Below, one piece after another: positions 53,995 to 64,000 of a DNA stretch of 64,000 nucleotides; position 1 is the first letter of the stretch, and each line of letters starts with the position of its first letter. Location of the stretch: positions 1,216,001 to 1,280,000 of the forward strand of contig CAVWLP010000003.1 in assembly GCA_963755915.1 (NCBI GenBank), in the 5' to 3' direction. The notes beneath the pieces are model-generated. The model was not told where the DNA came from, did no database searches, and saw only the letters and a list, made by a program, of their open reading frames with translations. The DNA comes from an uncultured Phycisphaerales bacterium. GTDB taxonomy: Bacteria; Planctomycetota; Phycisphaerae; Tepidisphaerales; Tepidisphaeraceae. The position numbers and the translations under genes are program-made.

Positions 53995-54653
53995 GCGGCT
54001 CCCTTCGGCTGATGGTCGAAGGGAGGCAGATCTGGAAATTTTTGGCGGAGCCAGCCGCAGAGGCCCGTGAAACCGCCGGATTGAAGCTGCGCGGCCGCTT
54101 CGGAAGTTGCCAGTGCGCGGAAGATTTCCCGCCGGCGGGCGATGGGCAGGCCGACAGCCTTGATTTTGGGCCGAAGGAGCTGAAGCGCGCCGGCAAGATT
54201 GATCCAGTCATCGGTGACGCTGCCGGCCAGAAGATCGCGAAGCCCCGCGGCCAGCGCCGGGGATCCACCCGCGGAGACGGCGACGATGATCGGCCCGCTA
54301 CGAAGGATCGCCGGCGAGATGAAATCGCTGGGCTCGTCAGGGTCCTCGCCATCGCCCCGCTGCACGAGAATGTTCCGCTTGCGGGCTTCTGCAACGACGG
54401 ATTCGTTGGCCGCGGAGGAATCAGTCGCGGCGAAGACGAGGTTTGCCCCCTCAAGATCGGCGGCCTCGAAGCTGGCGGTTTTTCGCTGCACCTCGGCCGG
54501 AAATTCGCGCACGAACTTCGGCGCGACAGCCCGGACGTTCTTTGCCCCGGCAGCCAGGAGTGCGGAGGCTTTTCGCGCGGCGACCGCCCCACCGCCGACG
54601 ATAAGGATCTGTCGCTCGGAAACGTCGAGGAGGATGGGATAGAGGTGCGGCAC
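53991..54653 (-). CDS. Precorrin-2 dehydrogenase / sirohydrochlorin ferrochelatase (SirC / CysG N-terminal type)
   Basis: LYPILLDV...ILIVGGGAVAARK, VFAATD, AVSAGGSPALA. GTG start at 54653. Confidence 0.9.
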   Translation of the reverse strand: MPHLYPILLDVSERQILIVGGGAVAARKASALLAAGAKNVRAVAPKFVREFPAEVQRKTASFEAADLEGANLVFAATDSSAANESVVAEARKRNILVQRGDGEDPDEPSDFISPAILRSGPIIVAVSAGGSPALAAGLRDLLAGSVTDDWINLAGALQLLRPKIKAVGLPIARRREIFRALATSEAAAQLQSGGFTGLCGWLRQKFPDLPPFDHQPKGAA

Positions 54654-54950
54654 GAAGCGGGGAATTTTAGAGGGTTTACCCGCTGGGGTGTAGCGACGGG
54701 GCAAAATGCCCCATTTTGCAACCCGCGATCGCCGTGCCGGCGACATGGCATGGAATGAATCGCGACACAAAGCGGCCTGGCCAGGAAATTTCACGTGCCG
54801 AGCGGAAGTGATTCTGACCATTCCGGTTTTTCGTAAGTCCAGAAAATAAAAGGATTTTAACCCAAAAATGAGCAATTTCCGGTTTGTGGGTGGGCAGGTG
54901 TCTGCTATGAAGTGAGGCTCCGGTGTGGAAGCCATTTGGGAGAGAGACGG

Positions 54951-55772
54951 ATGAACATCAAACACCGGGGGGCGACAATCGGACTTGGCTTGATTTTTCT
55001 AGCATTCGGGGCGTCGGCAGGGGCACAGACGATCAATCTCTATCAGGGCTCGACCGGAGGCACGCCACAGTTGCAGAACTGGCTTACCTATCAATACAAT
55101 CCACTTTCGACGGGTCCAAGCACCTCGAGCACCGGCGGGCCAACTGGGAATACGACCTTCGATACCACCTCCACTGACGCGGAAGAGGGTGGCTGGTCGA
55201 ATTATTCGTATAACCCCATCACCTCGTCATCGGCGATCGTGAATTCCTCGTTCCCCGCGCTGAATCCGGCCAGCGGATTCTCGGTGAACTGGGATCTGGC
55301 CGTGACTTCGGAGTCAAACACAAGCACCAATCGAGCCGGATTTGATGTGATCGTGCTGGGCAGCGATGGGAAGGGCGTGGAGCTTGGTTACTGGGGAAGC
55401 GATGTGTGGGCTCAGGAATATGTCTCCGGGACCGGGTTTGAGCAGAACCCGCTTCAGGACAGCGATACCCAGAATAACGATGTGTTCGACACTGGCCCGT
55501 CGCTGATCGATTACAACCTTTCGGTTTTGGGGGGAAACTACACGCTGACGGCCAACGGAACGACAATCCTGACCGGGGCGACGCAAGACTACAGCGGGTC
55601 GGCGATGCTGCCGTATACGCTGGATAATTTTGTGTTCATGGGCGATGACACGTCGGAGGCCGCGGCGAGTGCCACGTTTACGTCCCTGTCGGTGACCGTC
55701 CCGGAGCCGATAACAGGCATGGGCTTGCTCGGAATGGGATTGTTCGGGCTGATGCGAAGAAAGCCGCGATAA
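54951..55772 (+). CDS. PEP-CTERM protein, choice-of-anchor Y-like
   Basis: Signal peptide; NRAGFDVIVLGSDGKGVELGYW, NFVFMGDDT; VPEP + TM + RRK. Confidence 0.8.
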   Translation: MNIKHRGATIGLGLIFLAFGASAGAQTINLYQGSTGGTPQLQNWLTYQYNPLSTGPSTSSTGGPTGNTTFDTTSTDAEEGGWSNYSYNPITSSSAIVNSSFPALNPASGFSVNWDLAVTSESNTSTNRAGFDVIVLGSDGKGVELGYWGSDVWAQEYVSGTGFEQNPLQDSDTQNNDVFDTGPSLIDYNLSVLGGNYTLTANGTTILTGATQDYSGSAMLPYTLDNFVFMGDDTSEAAASATFTSLSVTVPEPITGMGLLGMGLFGLMRRKPR

Positions 55773-55841
55773 TCCGCCGCCCGGCGGGATACGGGCTTTT
55801 TCCGTGGAGGGTGGCGGGAAAATCGTCTATCCTTCCGAGCC

Positions 55842-56756
55842 ATGAGCGACGTAAAGATTGGCATCATCGGTGGGACGGGGCTGGGGCAATTACTGGCAAG
55901 AGGCGATGGCCGGCGGCACGTGATGCAGACGCCCTTCGGGGCCACCAGCGATGCGATTATCGAGAGCGATTGGGAGGGATTGCCGGTGCTGCTGCTGGGC
56001 CGGCATGGTCCGGGGCATGTGATTCCGCCGAGCATGGTCCCCTTTCGCGCGAATATTTTCGCGCTGAAGCAATTGGGCTGCACGCATATTATCGCCTCGG
56101 GCGCCTGCGGGAGCTTGCGGCAGGAGTTTAAGCCGCGCGATCTCGTCGCCGCGGATCAGATGATTGACCGGACGTTCCGGCGGGCGGGAACATTTTTTGA
56201 AAATGCGGCCGTGCATGTGGAATTCGCGGAACCTTTCTGCCCGGTCCTGCGTCGAATTCTTTTGGAACAAGCGGGAACCGACGAGGCGATCACGCTGCAC
56301 GATCGCGGCTGCTATGTCTGCATGGAAGGCCCGGCGTTTTCTTCCCGCGCGGAGAGCCTGATGCACCGTCTCTGGGGCGGCGATTTGATCGGCATGACAG
56401 CCCTGCCCGAGGCGAAACTGGCGCGCGAAGCCGAGATTCCCTACGCACTGATTGCCCTGGTAACAGATTATGACTGCTGGAAAGCGGTCACGCCCACCGC
56501 CCCCGGCCAGCCGCCCCCCCCACCGCCGGAGCCTGGTGCCCTGCTCGCGGAAATTACCGCGAATTTGGAGACGGCCGCGGGAAAAGCCATGGAGTTGATC
56601 CGGCGGGTGCTGCGGAAGATTGCCGCAGAGCCGGGGATTCTGTCGGCATGCCCGGCAAAGGACGCCCTGAAATTGGCGATCTGGTCAGATAAATCGAAGA
56701 TTTCCCGCGAAGAAATTCGGCGGCTCGCACCGATTTGGGGACGCTATTTCGGCTAG
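55842..56756 (+). CDS. mtnP: S-methyl-5'-thioadenosine phosphorylase
   Basis: IGIIGGTG, RHGPGH, EGPAFSSRAES, GMTALPEAKLAREAEI, VTDYDCW. Confidence 0.93.
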   Translation: MSDVKIGIIGGTGLGQLLARGDGRRHVMQTPFGATSDAIIESDWEGLPVLLLGRHGPGHVIPPSMVPFRANIFALKQLGCTHIIASGACGSLRQEFKPRDLVAADQMIDRTFRRAGTFFENAAVHVEFAEPFCPVLRRILLEQAGTDEAITLHDRGCYVCMEGPAFSSRAESLMHRLWGGDLIGMTALPEAKLAREAEIPYALIALVTDYDCWKAVTPTAPGQPPPPPPEPGALLAEITANLETAAGKAMELIRRVLRKIAAEPGILSACPAKDALKLAIWSDKSKISREEIRRLAPIWGRYFG

Positions 56757-56767
56757 GATATGGGGGT

Positions 56768-59700
56768 ATGACGTTGCGAGTTGCCAGTTGCCAGTTGCGA
56801 GTGAAATGCGGGGGATCTCGCCACTCATTTTCCTGCCGCGCTCTTTGTTCGCTCTGCAGTCTAATCACCATCGTGGCCATCGTGGCGCCTGCGATGGCGC
56901 AGCGGGGTTTAATTCGTTTTGGTAACGGCCCGATGGTCCCGATGCAGGGCTTCCAGGGGGTCGGGGGCGACGATGCGATGGGCGGCGTTTATGTCCGCGA
57001 TTCCGCCATCGCGATGGAGAAGCTCGCCCTCGCCCAGCGGATGGAGCGGCTGCACGAGTGGAGCAAGTCGGCCGATGTCTATCAGGAAATCCTCGACAAA
57101 TATCAGGACCGCGTCGTCCCCACGCATACGGATGAGCTAAGCCAAACCGTGGATCGCTATGCCTCGGTTACGGAAACGGTGCGCGAGTCGCTCTGCAAAT
57201 GGCCGCAGGAGGGGCTGCTGGTTTATCGCGGAAGATACGAAACGATCGCCCAAAGCCTTCTGAACGCTGCGGGAAACGACGGCATCGACAAGCTTCACGA
57301 AATCCTCGCGAAATATTTCCCAACGGAAGCCGCAAAGACCGCCGGCATTCGCCTGATGGATTTGTGCTTCGAGGAGGGGGATTACGCGGAAGTGAATCAG
57401 ATCGGCAAGGAGCTTCTGGAGTGGCATCCGGATTTAATCGCCGAGCGGCCCATGGTGCTCTACCGCACGGCCCTGGCCGCGAAACTGGCGAATCAGCCTC
57501 AGGACGTCCAGCGATATGAGACCCAGCTCCAAAACCAATTTCCCCAGGCGACCGGAGTAATCCGCGGCCAGCAGGTGGTGCTGGCCGACTCGCTGGAGAA
57601 GGAGCTGGCGAGTGCGACCGTGGTGCGGGCGGAAAGCCCGGATTCCTGGCCGATGGTCGGCGGAAACGTCGAACGCTCGCAAATCTGCATGTCTCTCGTG
57701 AAGCCGGGGGCGCGCTTATACAACATTCTGGTCACCAGGTTTAATTGGGATGCCCTCCAGGAAACCGCCGACAGGGATAACCGTGAGCACGCCAGTGACG
57801 AACAGCGTAAAAAGGGAATTGGGCTGGGGATCATGCCCGCGGTCGACAAGGGGGAGCTCTTTTACCAGGACAACACGCGTATTTACGCGCTGGATCTCGA
57901 CAGCGGCGTTCCCTTACCCCAGTGGGTGGACACCTATCCGATGCAAAACGGCGCCTTCACTCCCGCGTGGAGTCCCGCTCCAACGCCGGTGCCGCTCGGC
58001 CGCCAACTTTGCGTGACGGTGACGGACAAATACGTCGCGGCGGTGATGGGCTTGTCCGACCCGCTTTCATCCAGCGATCCCCTGCCGGGCCAGGATTCGC
58101 ATCTGGTTTGCCTTGATCGCAAGAGCGGCAAGGAGCTTTGGGAAACCTCGCCGCACGATTTCTCCGATGCCCAACTGGCACTGCGCGAGCTGCGGATGGG
58201 CGGATCGCCGCTCATCGTCGGGGACAACCTTTATGTGATCGTCCACGGAATGAAGGGGCAGTTTGAGGATTGCTATGTAGTCTGTTACGCCGCCGCAACC
58301 GGCCAGTTGCGCTGGGCGACGTTTATCGCAAATTCCAACGGCGACAATTTGCTGGAGGCCGGCGGAATCGGGTCCTACCTCTATTCCGACGCGGTTTCGC
58401 ATCTTGCCTATTCGGCGGGCCGGCTCTTTGTGATCACCAATCTTGGCGCGGTCGCGTCGCTCGATGCCTACACAGGCACGATCGCCTGGCTGAACATCTA
58501 TCGCACCGAATCCACCGGCGGAGCGATGTACAACTTTCCGCAGCGGATTATCCGTCAGATTCCGCCCGAGGATGATGAAACGCCGACGGCGCCATGGGTC
58601 TACAATCCGGCCGTTGTGCAGGATGGGAAAGTATTCGTAATGCCGTCGGACGGGCATGATTTGCTCGTCTATGACGCCGCCAGCGGAGACCTGGTCAAAC
58701 GAATCTGGCTGACCGATTTGCAGGAGGAGCGCGATCCCAACGTCCCCAGCACGCCGGACCTGCCCACCACGCTGCTGGCGGTGAAGGGGGACATGGTCTA
58801 CCTCGCCGGCGAGCGACAGGTTTGGCAGGTCCCCTGGCAACTGATTCCGCATGACGCGTCGAAAGTCGATTCGATTCCCGGATACTGGCGATCGACGGAG
58901 GGCGACCAGGATCCATCCGCGCAGGATAAAGCCGATGACGATCAGTTGGTCGAGGTCCGCGGTCGCGCGTTTGTGACCGGGGATGCAGTCTATGTGCCGA
59001 CGGAAAAATATCTGCTGCGGATTCAACTGGCATCGGGCCTCCTCGATTCAGCCAACAGCACGTTTCCAAAGAACGGCTGGGAATCGGGTAAAGAGGGGCC
59101 GGGAAATGTGATCGCGACGCAGGACCATCTGATCGTCGCCGGCGATGAGAACATCGCGGTCTATACGGATATCGCGATGGCGCAGGCGAAATTGAACCGC
59201 GAAATCGCCGAGGCCCCCGCCAGCGCCGACGCCCGGCTGCATTATGCCGAGGTGATGTTCGCTGCTGCCCAGCCCGATGCGGCCCAGCAGCGGCTTGAGG
59301 AAGGTTTTGAGCTGCTCGGCGGCACGCAATCGCTCAGGTCTGGATCGACGCGCGACCGGGCATTCAACGATGCCCTCAGCTTTGCACGGCGGTCGGAGGG
59401 GCATGAAGGCGAAGCCGATCGAATCGAGCGGTTTTTCGATCTGGCCCAGGCCGCGGCGCTTTCCACTGCGCAGCAGGTCAGCTACCGGCTGGCGCGGGCG
59501 GAATACGATTGGAAGCGCGACAATCGTGACGCCGCCTCGGCCATTGAGCTTTACCAGGAAATTCTCGGCGAGCCGACCTTCCGCGCCGTGCCCATGCCCG
59601 ACCCGCACGGCAACGCGACGATCGCGGCCGGAGATGTCGCCGACCAGGCGATCACCGAGATTAAGGGAACACCCGATGGCGTACTGGCGTACCGCAAGTT

Positions 59701-61569
59701 CGAGGAGGCCGCGGCGCAGAAGCTCGCAGCGGCGCAGGCGGCGGCGGATCCGGAGCGGCTGCTGGATATCTCTCGGGTCTATCCCAATTCGACGGTTGGC
59801 GCGACGCGATGCTGGCGGCCGCTAATTGTTACGAATCCCGCGGCGATGCGCGAATGGCAACGCAGGTCCTGCGGCAAATCCTGGCGCGTTTCAAAGATCA
59901 GACCCAGCCCGCGGTTTTGGTCGCGATGGCTCGCAATTACCTCAAGCTGCCGAACCATCTCGACGTCGCCGTTTCACGTCTCCAGCTTGCCGCCGTTCAG
60001 GACCCGACCGGCGTGACCCAGCAGGCGATGACGCTGCCGGATGGGTCGGTGCTGCCGAACGTGCCGATTACCTTGGCGCGCAATGCGCTGATGCGCTACG
60101 AAGTGGAAGCGAGCCTGCAGAGCGTTCCCGATTTGCATTTGCCGACGCACGAGCAGTCGCAGGCCTTTCGCCAGGCGACGGGGCGCTGGGCCAGGCCTTT
60201 TGTGCCGGCGTCGAAAGACCTGGAGATTCAGGGCGTCGACGCCATGGTCGTTCCGATGGAGGAATTCGCGCGCGGCGACCGGGTCATCGCCTGGTCGGGC
60301 GGCACTGGACTGACGGTCTATCCGGCCGGGTCGAACAAGGCGATCTTTGCGTGCGCGGCGATTTCGCAGCAGCCGGTCGGGGCGGCCTGGGTGGGAGACA
60401 AGCTGATCGTCTGGAGCAGGACATCCGTTTCGCAGCTCGACGGCACGTCGGGCAAGCAACTGTGGGACATGGACACCTCGTCGCTGCCGCCGATTTTGGA
60501 TCCCGACAATTCCGAGCCCACGCCGCCGGAAGTCGACATGCCCGGCGGCCCCGAGGAAGTGCTGGAAGTGAAACCGGTGGCACAGCGCGTGATCGTCTCG
60601 ACGTCGACCGGGCGGCTGCTGGCGGTCGATCCATCCGCGGGGCATATCGCCTGGCAGACGCGGGTTACAGGGCTGATCAATCCCCTGCTGGCCAACGATG
60701 ATTTCACGGTCATCCGCACGCAGGACGGGCAATCCGTGGAAATCGTGGTTTATAATTCCTTCAGCGGCGAGCTGCTGGGCAGAAAGCAATTTGGGGTGGA
60801 TACGCAGGCCTATCCGATCAACCTGGCGCTGGCGGCCGATGGGACGCTGGCCTATACGCTGCCGAATCAGCTTTGCATCAAGGATCTCTTTGAGGCGAAT
60901 CTTTCCCCAACGGGGATGGACTCTCAGATCCCGCAGACGGCTGCCCCGGACCAGCCGCAGATTTTTCTAAATGCGGCCCGGCCGGAGCCGCACCAGCTTC
61001 TCATTCACAGCGGGCGGGTGTTCGCCATTGCCAACAGCGGGAAGGATATCCGGATCTATTCTGTGGACAGCGGGGAGCCGTGGCAATATCGGCGCGACTA
61101 TTCACCGCCGATCGACTGCTCGGTCCTTCCGACGCAATCCACGAGCGGCGACGTTCAGCTTTATATCTCGGGGAATTACCTCTTCGCGCTCAGCCCCCGG
61201 AGCCTGATCGCGTACCGGCTCGATCCGCCGGGCAAGCCGTGGGAGGCTTCGTTTGATGCGACGAAGGTGACGAATTACCAGCAGCTCCTTTTCGGGCGGG
61301 ATTACCTGGGGCTGGTGGATCGCCCGAACCCGCCGGCGACGGAGAGCAACCGGCCGGGGAACCGGGTGACGCTGAATTTCTTTTTGCGCCGGGCGAAGGA
61401 TTTGCCAGATGAGGAATCGGGGCTGCTGATTTTTGATCCGGAGTTTCAATTAACGGAAGACAACCTGCAGTTGCAGGCGGTGGATGGGGGAGTGGCGTTT
61501 TTTACGGGGCGGAGGATTGAGTTTTTGATGGGGGCGAGAGAAGCGATGGGGAATTTGTCGCCGATATAG
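56768..61569 (+). CDS. Giant PQQ-like beta-propeller / TPR envelope protein; frameshift near 59800
   Basis: Signal ...APAMA-Q, WPMVGGN..RS, repeated 'LD..SG..LW' blades and helical repeats. The start position is uncertain. Confidence 0.8.
56773..56800. repeat. 7-bp tandem repeat GTTGCSA x4
   Basis: GTTGCGA GTTGCCA GTTGCCA GTTGCGA. Confidence 0.75.
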
Positions 61570-61610
61570 AAGAGATTGCCGAATGCCAAATGCCGAATTT
61601 AGATAGCGTC

Positions 61611-61859
61611 CTAATTTGGAAAATGCTGCCACACATAAACAGCGAGGATGGCACACTGGATAGCTACTAAGGCAAACAGGACCAAAACTCCCCAGAAGAC
61701 CATTGGGGCATCGTACCTCCAATTTGCGAAAGTGGGTGGCCAAGCGCGATAAGTGCGGTTCGGTGGAAAACCTGGACGAAGCAATCTATAGATCGCTATT
61801 GGCCCAAGGAATACCCCAGACGAGAGAATCATAAGGATCAGGGTCTTTGGGCTAATCAC
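61611..61859 (-). CDS. Small two-TM hypothetical protein, low GC
   Basis: 82 aa ORF with two hydrophobic segments in an AT-richer patch. Confidence 0.45.
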   Translation of the reverse strand: MISPKTLILMILSSGVFLGPIAIYRLLRPGFPPNRTYRAWPPTFANWRYDAPMVFWGVLVLFALVAIQCAILAVYVWQHFPN

Positions 61860-61964
61860 TTGTGGGCAATTTTACCATTCGCGCACGAAAAAGCCGCCCG
61901 AGAGCGATCCGGCTTGTGGGTTCAAATTGAGACATCACCCCTGTTTTGGATCGTCTTCTTTGGC

Positions 61965-62038
61965 GTACCGCCGATGTCCTCATCGGCGGAAGTTGGATGG
62001 GAGGGCGGGGATTCCGCCGGTGAGGACACCGGCGGCAT
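61965..62038. repeat. Inverted pair of REP-like hairpins (REPIN/BIME-like)
   Basis: GTACCGCCGATGTCCTCATCGGCGGA and the inverted copy TCCGCCGGTGAGGACACCGGCGGCAT. Confidence 0.75.
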
Positions 62039-62043
62039 TTTAA

Positions 62044-62080
62044 GCCCCCACCCTGACCCGTCCCGGAGTACCAGGGGGGA
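62044..62080. repeat. CCCTCCCC/CGGAGTACC-family palindrome, intergenic copy
   Basis: GCCCCCACCCTGACCCGTCCCGGAGTACCAGGGGGGA. Confidence 0.7.
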
Positions 62081-62166
62081 AAAGACAGAGGACGGGGAAA
62101 GAGGAGAAAAAGGCTGCGGTTGCTGGGTTATCACGCAAAGTCTATAATCAGCCGATTATCCCTGTT

Positions 62167-62430
62167 ATGCCTACCACGGTTTCCAAGCCGACCAACGAGC
62201 CATCCATGCGGGAGAAGGTCCAGACCGTGATCGACCTGATCCGGCCGGCGGTGCAGGCGGATGGGGGGGATATCGAGCTGGTGGATGTGACGGGCGAGGG
62301 CGTGGTGCAGATCCGGTTTCATGGGGCGTGCCACGGATGCCCCAGCAGCCACATGACGCTTCAGATGGGCATTGAAAGAAATCTCCGCGAGCGAATTCCG
62401 GAAGTGACGCAGGTCATTCCCGTCCAATGA
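62167..62430 (+). CDS. NifU/Nfu-domain Fe-S carrier protein
   Basis: IRPAVQADGGDIELV...GACHGCPSS..TL..GIE. Confidence 0.93.
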   Translation: MPTTVSKPTNEPSMREKVQTVIDLIRPAVQADGGDIELVDVTGEGVVQIRFHGACHGCPSSHMTLQMGIERNLRERIPEVTQVIPVQ

Positions 62431-62467
62431 CTGGTGGTGGGTCGATTTGGGCTCCGTGTCGAGATAC

Positions 62468-62520
62468 GAATTCCCCACGGCAGCGCGGCTCGACTGAGCT
62501 CGCCGAAGTCCGTGGGCGTT
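62468..62520. repeat. CCCACGG...CCGTGGG palindrome with the 24-bp micro-element (62487-62510)
   Basis: 48/53 identical to 5760-5812. Confidence 0.85.
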
Positions 62521-62546
62521 CCGGAAGCGAACGGACCCAGTACCCT

Positions 62547-63014
62547 ATGACCGACGAATCCCTAATGAAGGAGGCGGTCGCCGAGGCGCGGGGTGCGCTG
62601 GCGATGGATGAGGTGCCGGTGGGATGCGTGATTCTGCACCTGCCAACGGATCGGATCATCGGGCGGGGCCACAACCGGCGGGAGACCGACGGCGATCCGA
62701 CGGCGCATGCCGAGATGATCGCGCTGCGGGAAGCCGCGACGGCGCTGGGGCACTGGCGTTTGAGCGAATGCGCAATGGCGGTGACGCTGGAGCCGTGCCC
62801 GATGTGCGCGGGGGCGATCGTCAATGCGCGAATTGCGCGGCTCATCTACGGATGCGACGACCCAAAGGCGGGGGCGATCCGGACGCTCTACCAGATCTGC
62901 GACGATCCGCGGTTGAATCATCAGGCACAAATAACCGGCGGAGTAATGGCGGAAGAGTGCGCGAAGCTTCTTCGGGAATTCTTCCAACAGCAAAGGGCCT
63001 GTGGGAAGAAATAA
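62547..63014 (+). CDS. tadA: tRNA adenosine(34) deaminase
   Basis: EVPVG, DPTAHAE, TLEPCPMCAGAI, DPKAG, RLNH, FF..R. ATG at 62547. Confidence 0.95.
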   Translation: MTDESLMKEAVAEARGALAMDEVPVGCVILHLPTDRIIGRGHNRRETDGDPTAHAEMIALREAATALGHWRLSECAMAVTLEPCPMCAGAIVNARIARLIYGCDDPKAGAIRTLYQICDDPRLNHQAQITGGVMAEECAKLLREFFQQQRACGKK

Positions 63015-63024
63015 GGACGCGGCG

Positions 63025-63540
63025 ATGAAGCATTTCGGGCTCATCCTCGTCTCGATGCTTTTGTCCGGTTGCGCGAGCGTTTCCAGCAAAGTTGCGGATC
63101 CTCCGACTACAAATCCCACTGTCGATTCACCGGACTGGTGGAAGACGGTGACGGCGCCGCTGGGTGGACAGCAGATTGTCTCTCCCGACAGCTTTGCGGT
63201 AATCGTGCCGCGGAGCGACGTGGACCTGGAATCGGAGATGGGGCAGGTTCCCGTCTCGGCGGGAATCGCGTCGCATTTTTATTTTTTCAGGTGCCCCTGC
63301 GGAAAAGTGAAATTGCTGGGGGATTTTCTGGCGCGGGATTATGAGGCGGATGACGTGATCGACGCGCTGAGGAGCGGGCAGTTTACCGTGGTTTCGATGT
63401 CGCCGATTTTGCAGAACACGCGGCCGAGCATGATGTCAATCCGGTTTCAGGCGGAGGGGGATGGGGACGATCTTGTCCAGACGCTTCGCAAGGCGCTGGA
63501 TGTTTGCTTGCGGCATTCGAAGAACGACGCCGATGAGTAA
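63025..63540 (+). CDS. Lipoprotein, DUF1259 (LppY/LpqO)-like
   Basis: Lipobox LSGC; VPRSD...LLGD...E.DDVIDAL...LRKALD. Confidence 0.6.
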   Translation: MKHFGLILVSMLLSGCASVSSKVADPPTTNPTVDSPDWWKTVTAPLGGQQIVSPDSFAVIVPRSDVDLESEMGQVPVSAGIASHFYFFRCPCGKVKLLGDFLARDYEADDVIDALRSGQFTVVSMSPILQNTRPSMMSIRFQAEGDGDDLVQTLRKALDVCLRHSKNDADE

Positions 63541-64000
63541 CGACATAGAGGCCCGTCCGGCAATTTCGGATCGAGCGGCCAGCTTTTTCCTCTGCGGCAT
63601 GCTGCTGGTCTGCACCGCGGCCGTCTATTGGCAGGCGCACACGTTTGAGTTTGTGGATTGGGATGATTTCAATGAGGTGACGCAGAATCCGCTGCTGCAT
63701 CCGCCAACGTGGGAACATCTGAAGGAGATCTGGGGTGGGCCGTATATTCAGATTTATGCGCCGCTGAGTTACACGGCGTGGTGGGGGCTGATGTGGATTT
63801 CGCCGGGGGCGGAGGCGTTTCATCTGCTGAACGTGGGACTGCACCTGGTGTGCGTGGGGTTGGTGTTTTCGATATTGCGGAAGTGCGTGAAATCGCCGGC
63901 GGCGGCGCTGGTGGGGGCGGCGATTTTTGCGCTGCATCCGATGCAGGTGGAGACCGTGGGGTGGGTTTCGGAGATGAACAACCTTCTGGCGGCGGGGCTG
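63533..64000 (+). CDS. TMTC-like (GT-C) membrane protein, N-terminal part; runs off the window
   Basis: Not in the ORF track. Manual translation gives MSNDIE...FEFVDWDD..VTQNP...YAPL...FHLLNVGLH...IFALHPMQVETVGWVSE. Confidence 0.85.
   Translation, partial: MSNDIEARPAISDRAASFFLCGMLLVCTAAVYWQAHTFEFVDWDDFNEVTQNPLLHPPTWEHLKEIWGGPYIQIYAPLSYTAWWGLMWISPGAEAFHLLNVGLHLVCVGLVFSILRKCVKSPAAALVGAAIFALHPMQVETVGWVSEMNNLLAAGL

Noticed and set aside
32422-56756. Functional link between the spermidine-synthase-like gene and mtnP
   Set aside because: Biochemically plausible, but the genes are 21 kb apart in unrelated operons.
1790-59810. About 18 frameshifts (near 1794, 2308, 10040, 20710, 21870, 27725, 28790, 28963, 32503, 33090, 33685, 35975, 38657, 39158, 41783, 46485, 49546, 59800) as pseudogenes, phase variation or programmed frameshifting
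   Set aside because: They are nearly all single-base losses, several in short homopolymers, spread evenly over unrelated genes with no in-frame stops or decay. This pattern fits long-read consensus error; read mapping would confirm.
62427-62546. N-terminal extension of TadA
   Set aside because: It is the translation of the intergenic nested repeat. The TadA fold begins at ATG 62547.
2217-63937. Numerous long Arg/Pro/Ser-rich alternative-frame and antisense ORFs
   Set aside because: They are shadow ORFs of high-GC coding genes and carry no domain motifs.

Overview
GC-rich bacterial chromosomal window, most likely Planctomycetota (class Phycisphaerae, Tepidisphaerales-like). That assignment is inferred from DUF1559-type pseudopilin, LESR-signature exoproteins, a PQQ/TPR giant protein and PEP-CTERM proteins with dockerin-like modules. 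In order, the window contains: a GNAT plus polysaccharide deacetylase pair; several large PEP-CTERM surface proteins; a pectin-utilisation-like region (pseudopilin, sodium:solute symporter, four GH28 enzymes, XylR-type regulator); a TPR-glycosyltransferase; a P-loop/pentapeptide protein flanked by a 46-bp direct repeat; a membrane spermidine-synthase-like protein; a TpsA/TpsB pair whose TpsA carries a C-type lectin-like domain; system II cytochrome c biogenesis genes; a SirC-like/CcsA-like/hemA/GT-C operon; and mtnP, a PQQ/TPR protein, a NifU protein, tadA, a lipoprotein and a partial TMTC-like gene. About 18 single-base frameshifts split otherwise intact genes, which is most consistent with long-read sequencing error. 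No rRNA, tRNA, CRISPR array, transposase or integrase was recognised. The most novel-looking signals are (1) a 24/30-bp frame-preserving hairpin micro-element inserted into three different REP-like palindrome families, with empty and filled hosts both visible and some copies translated inside genes, and (2) a shared ~140-170 aa C-terminal dockerin-like cassette on four unrelated exoproteins.
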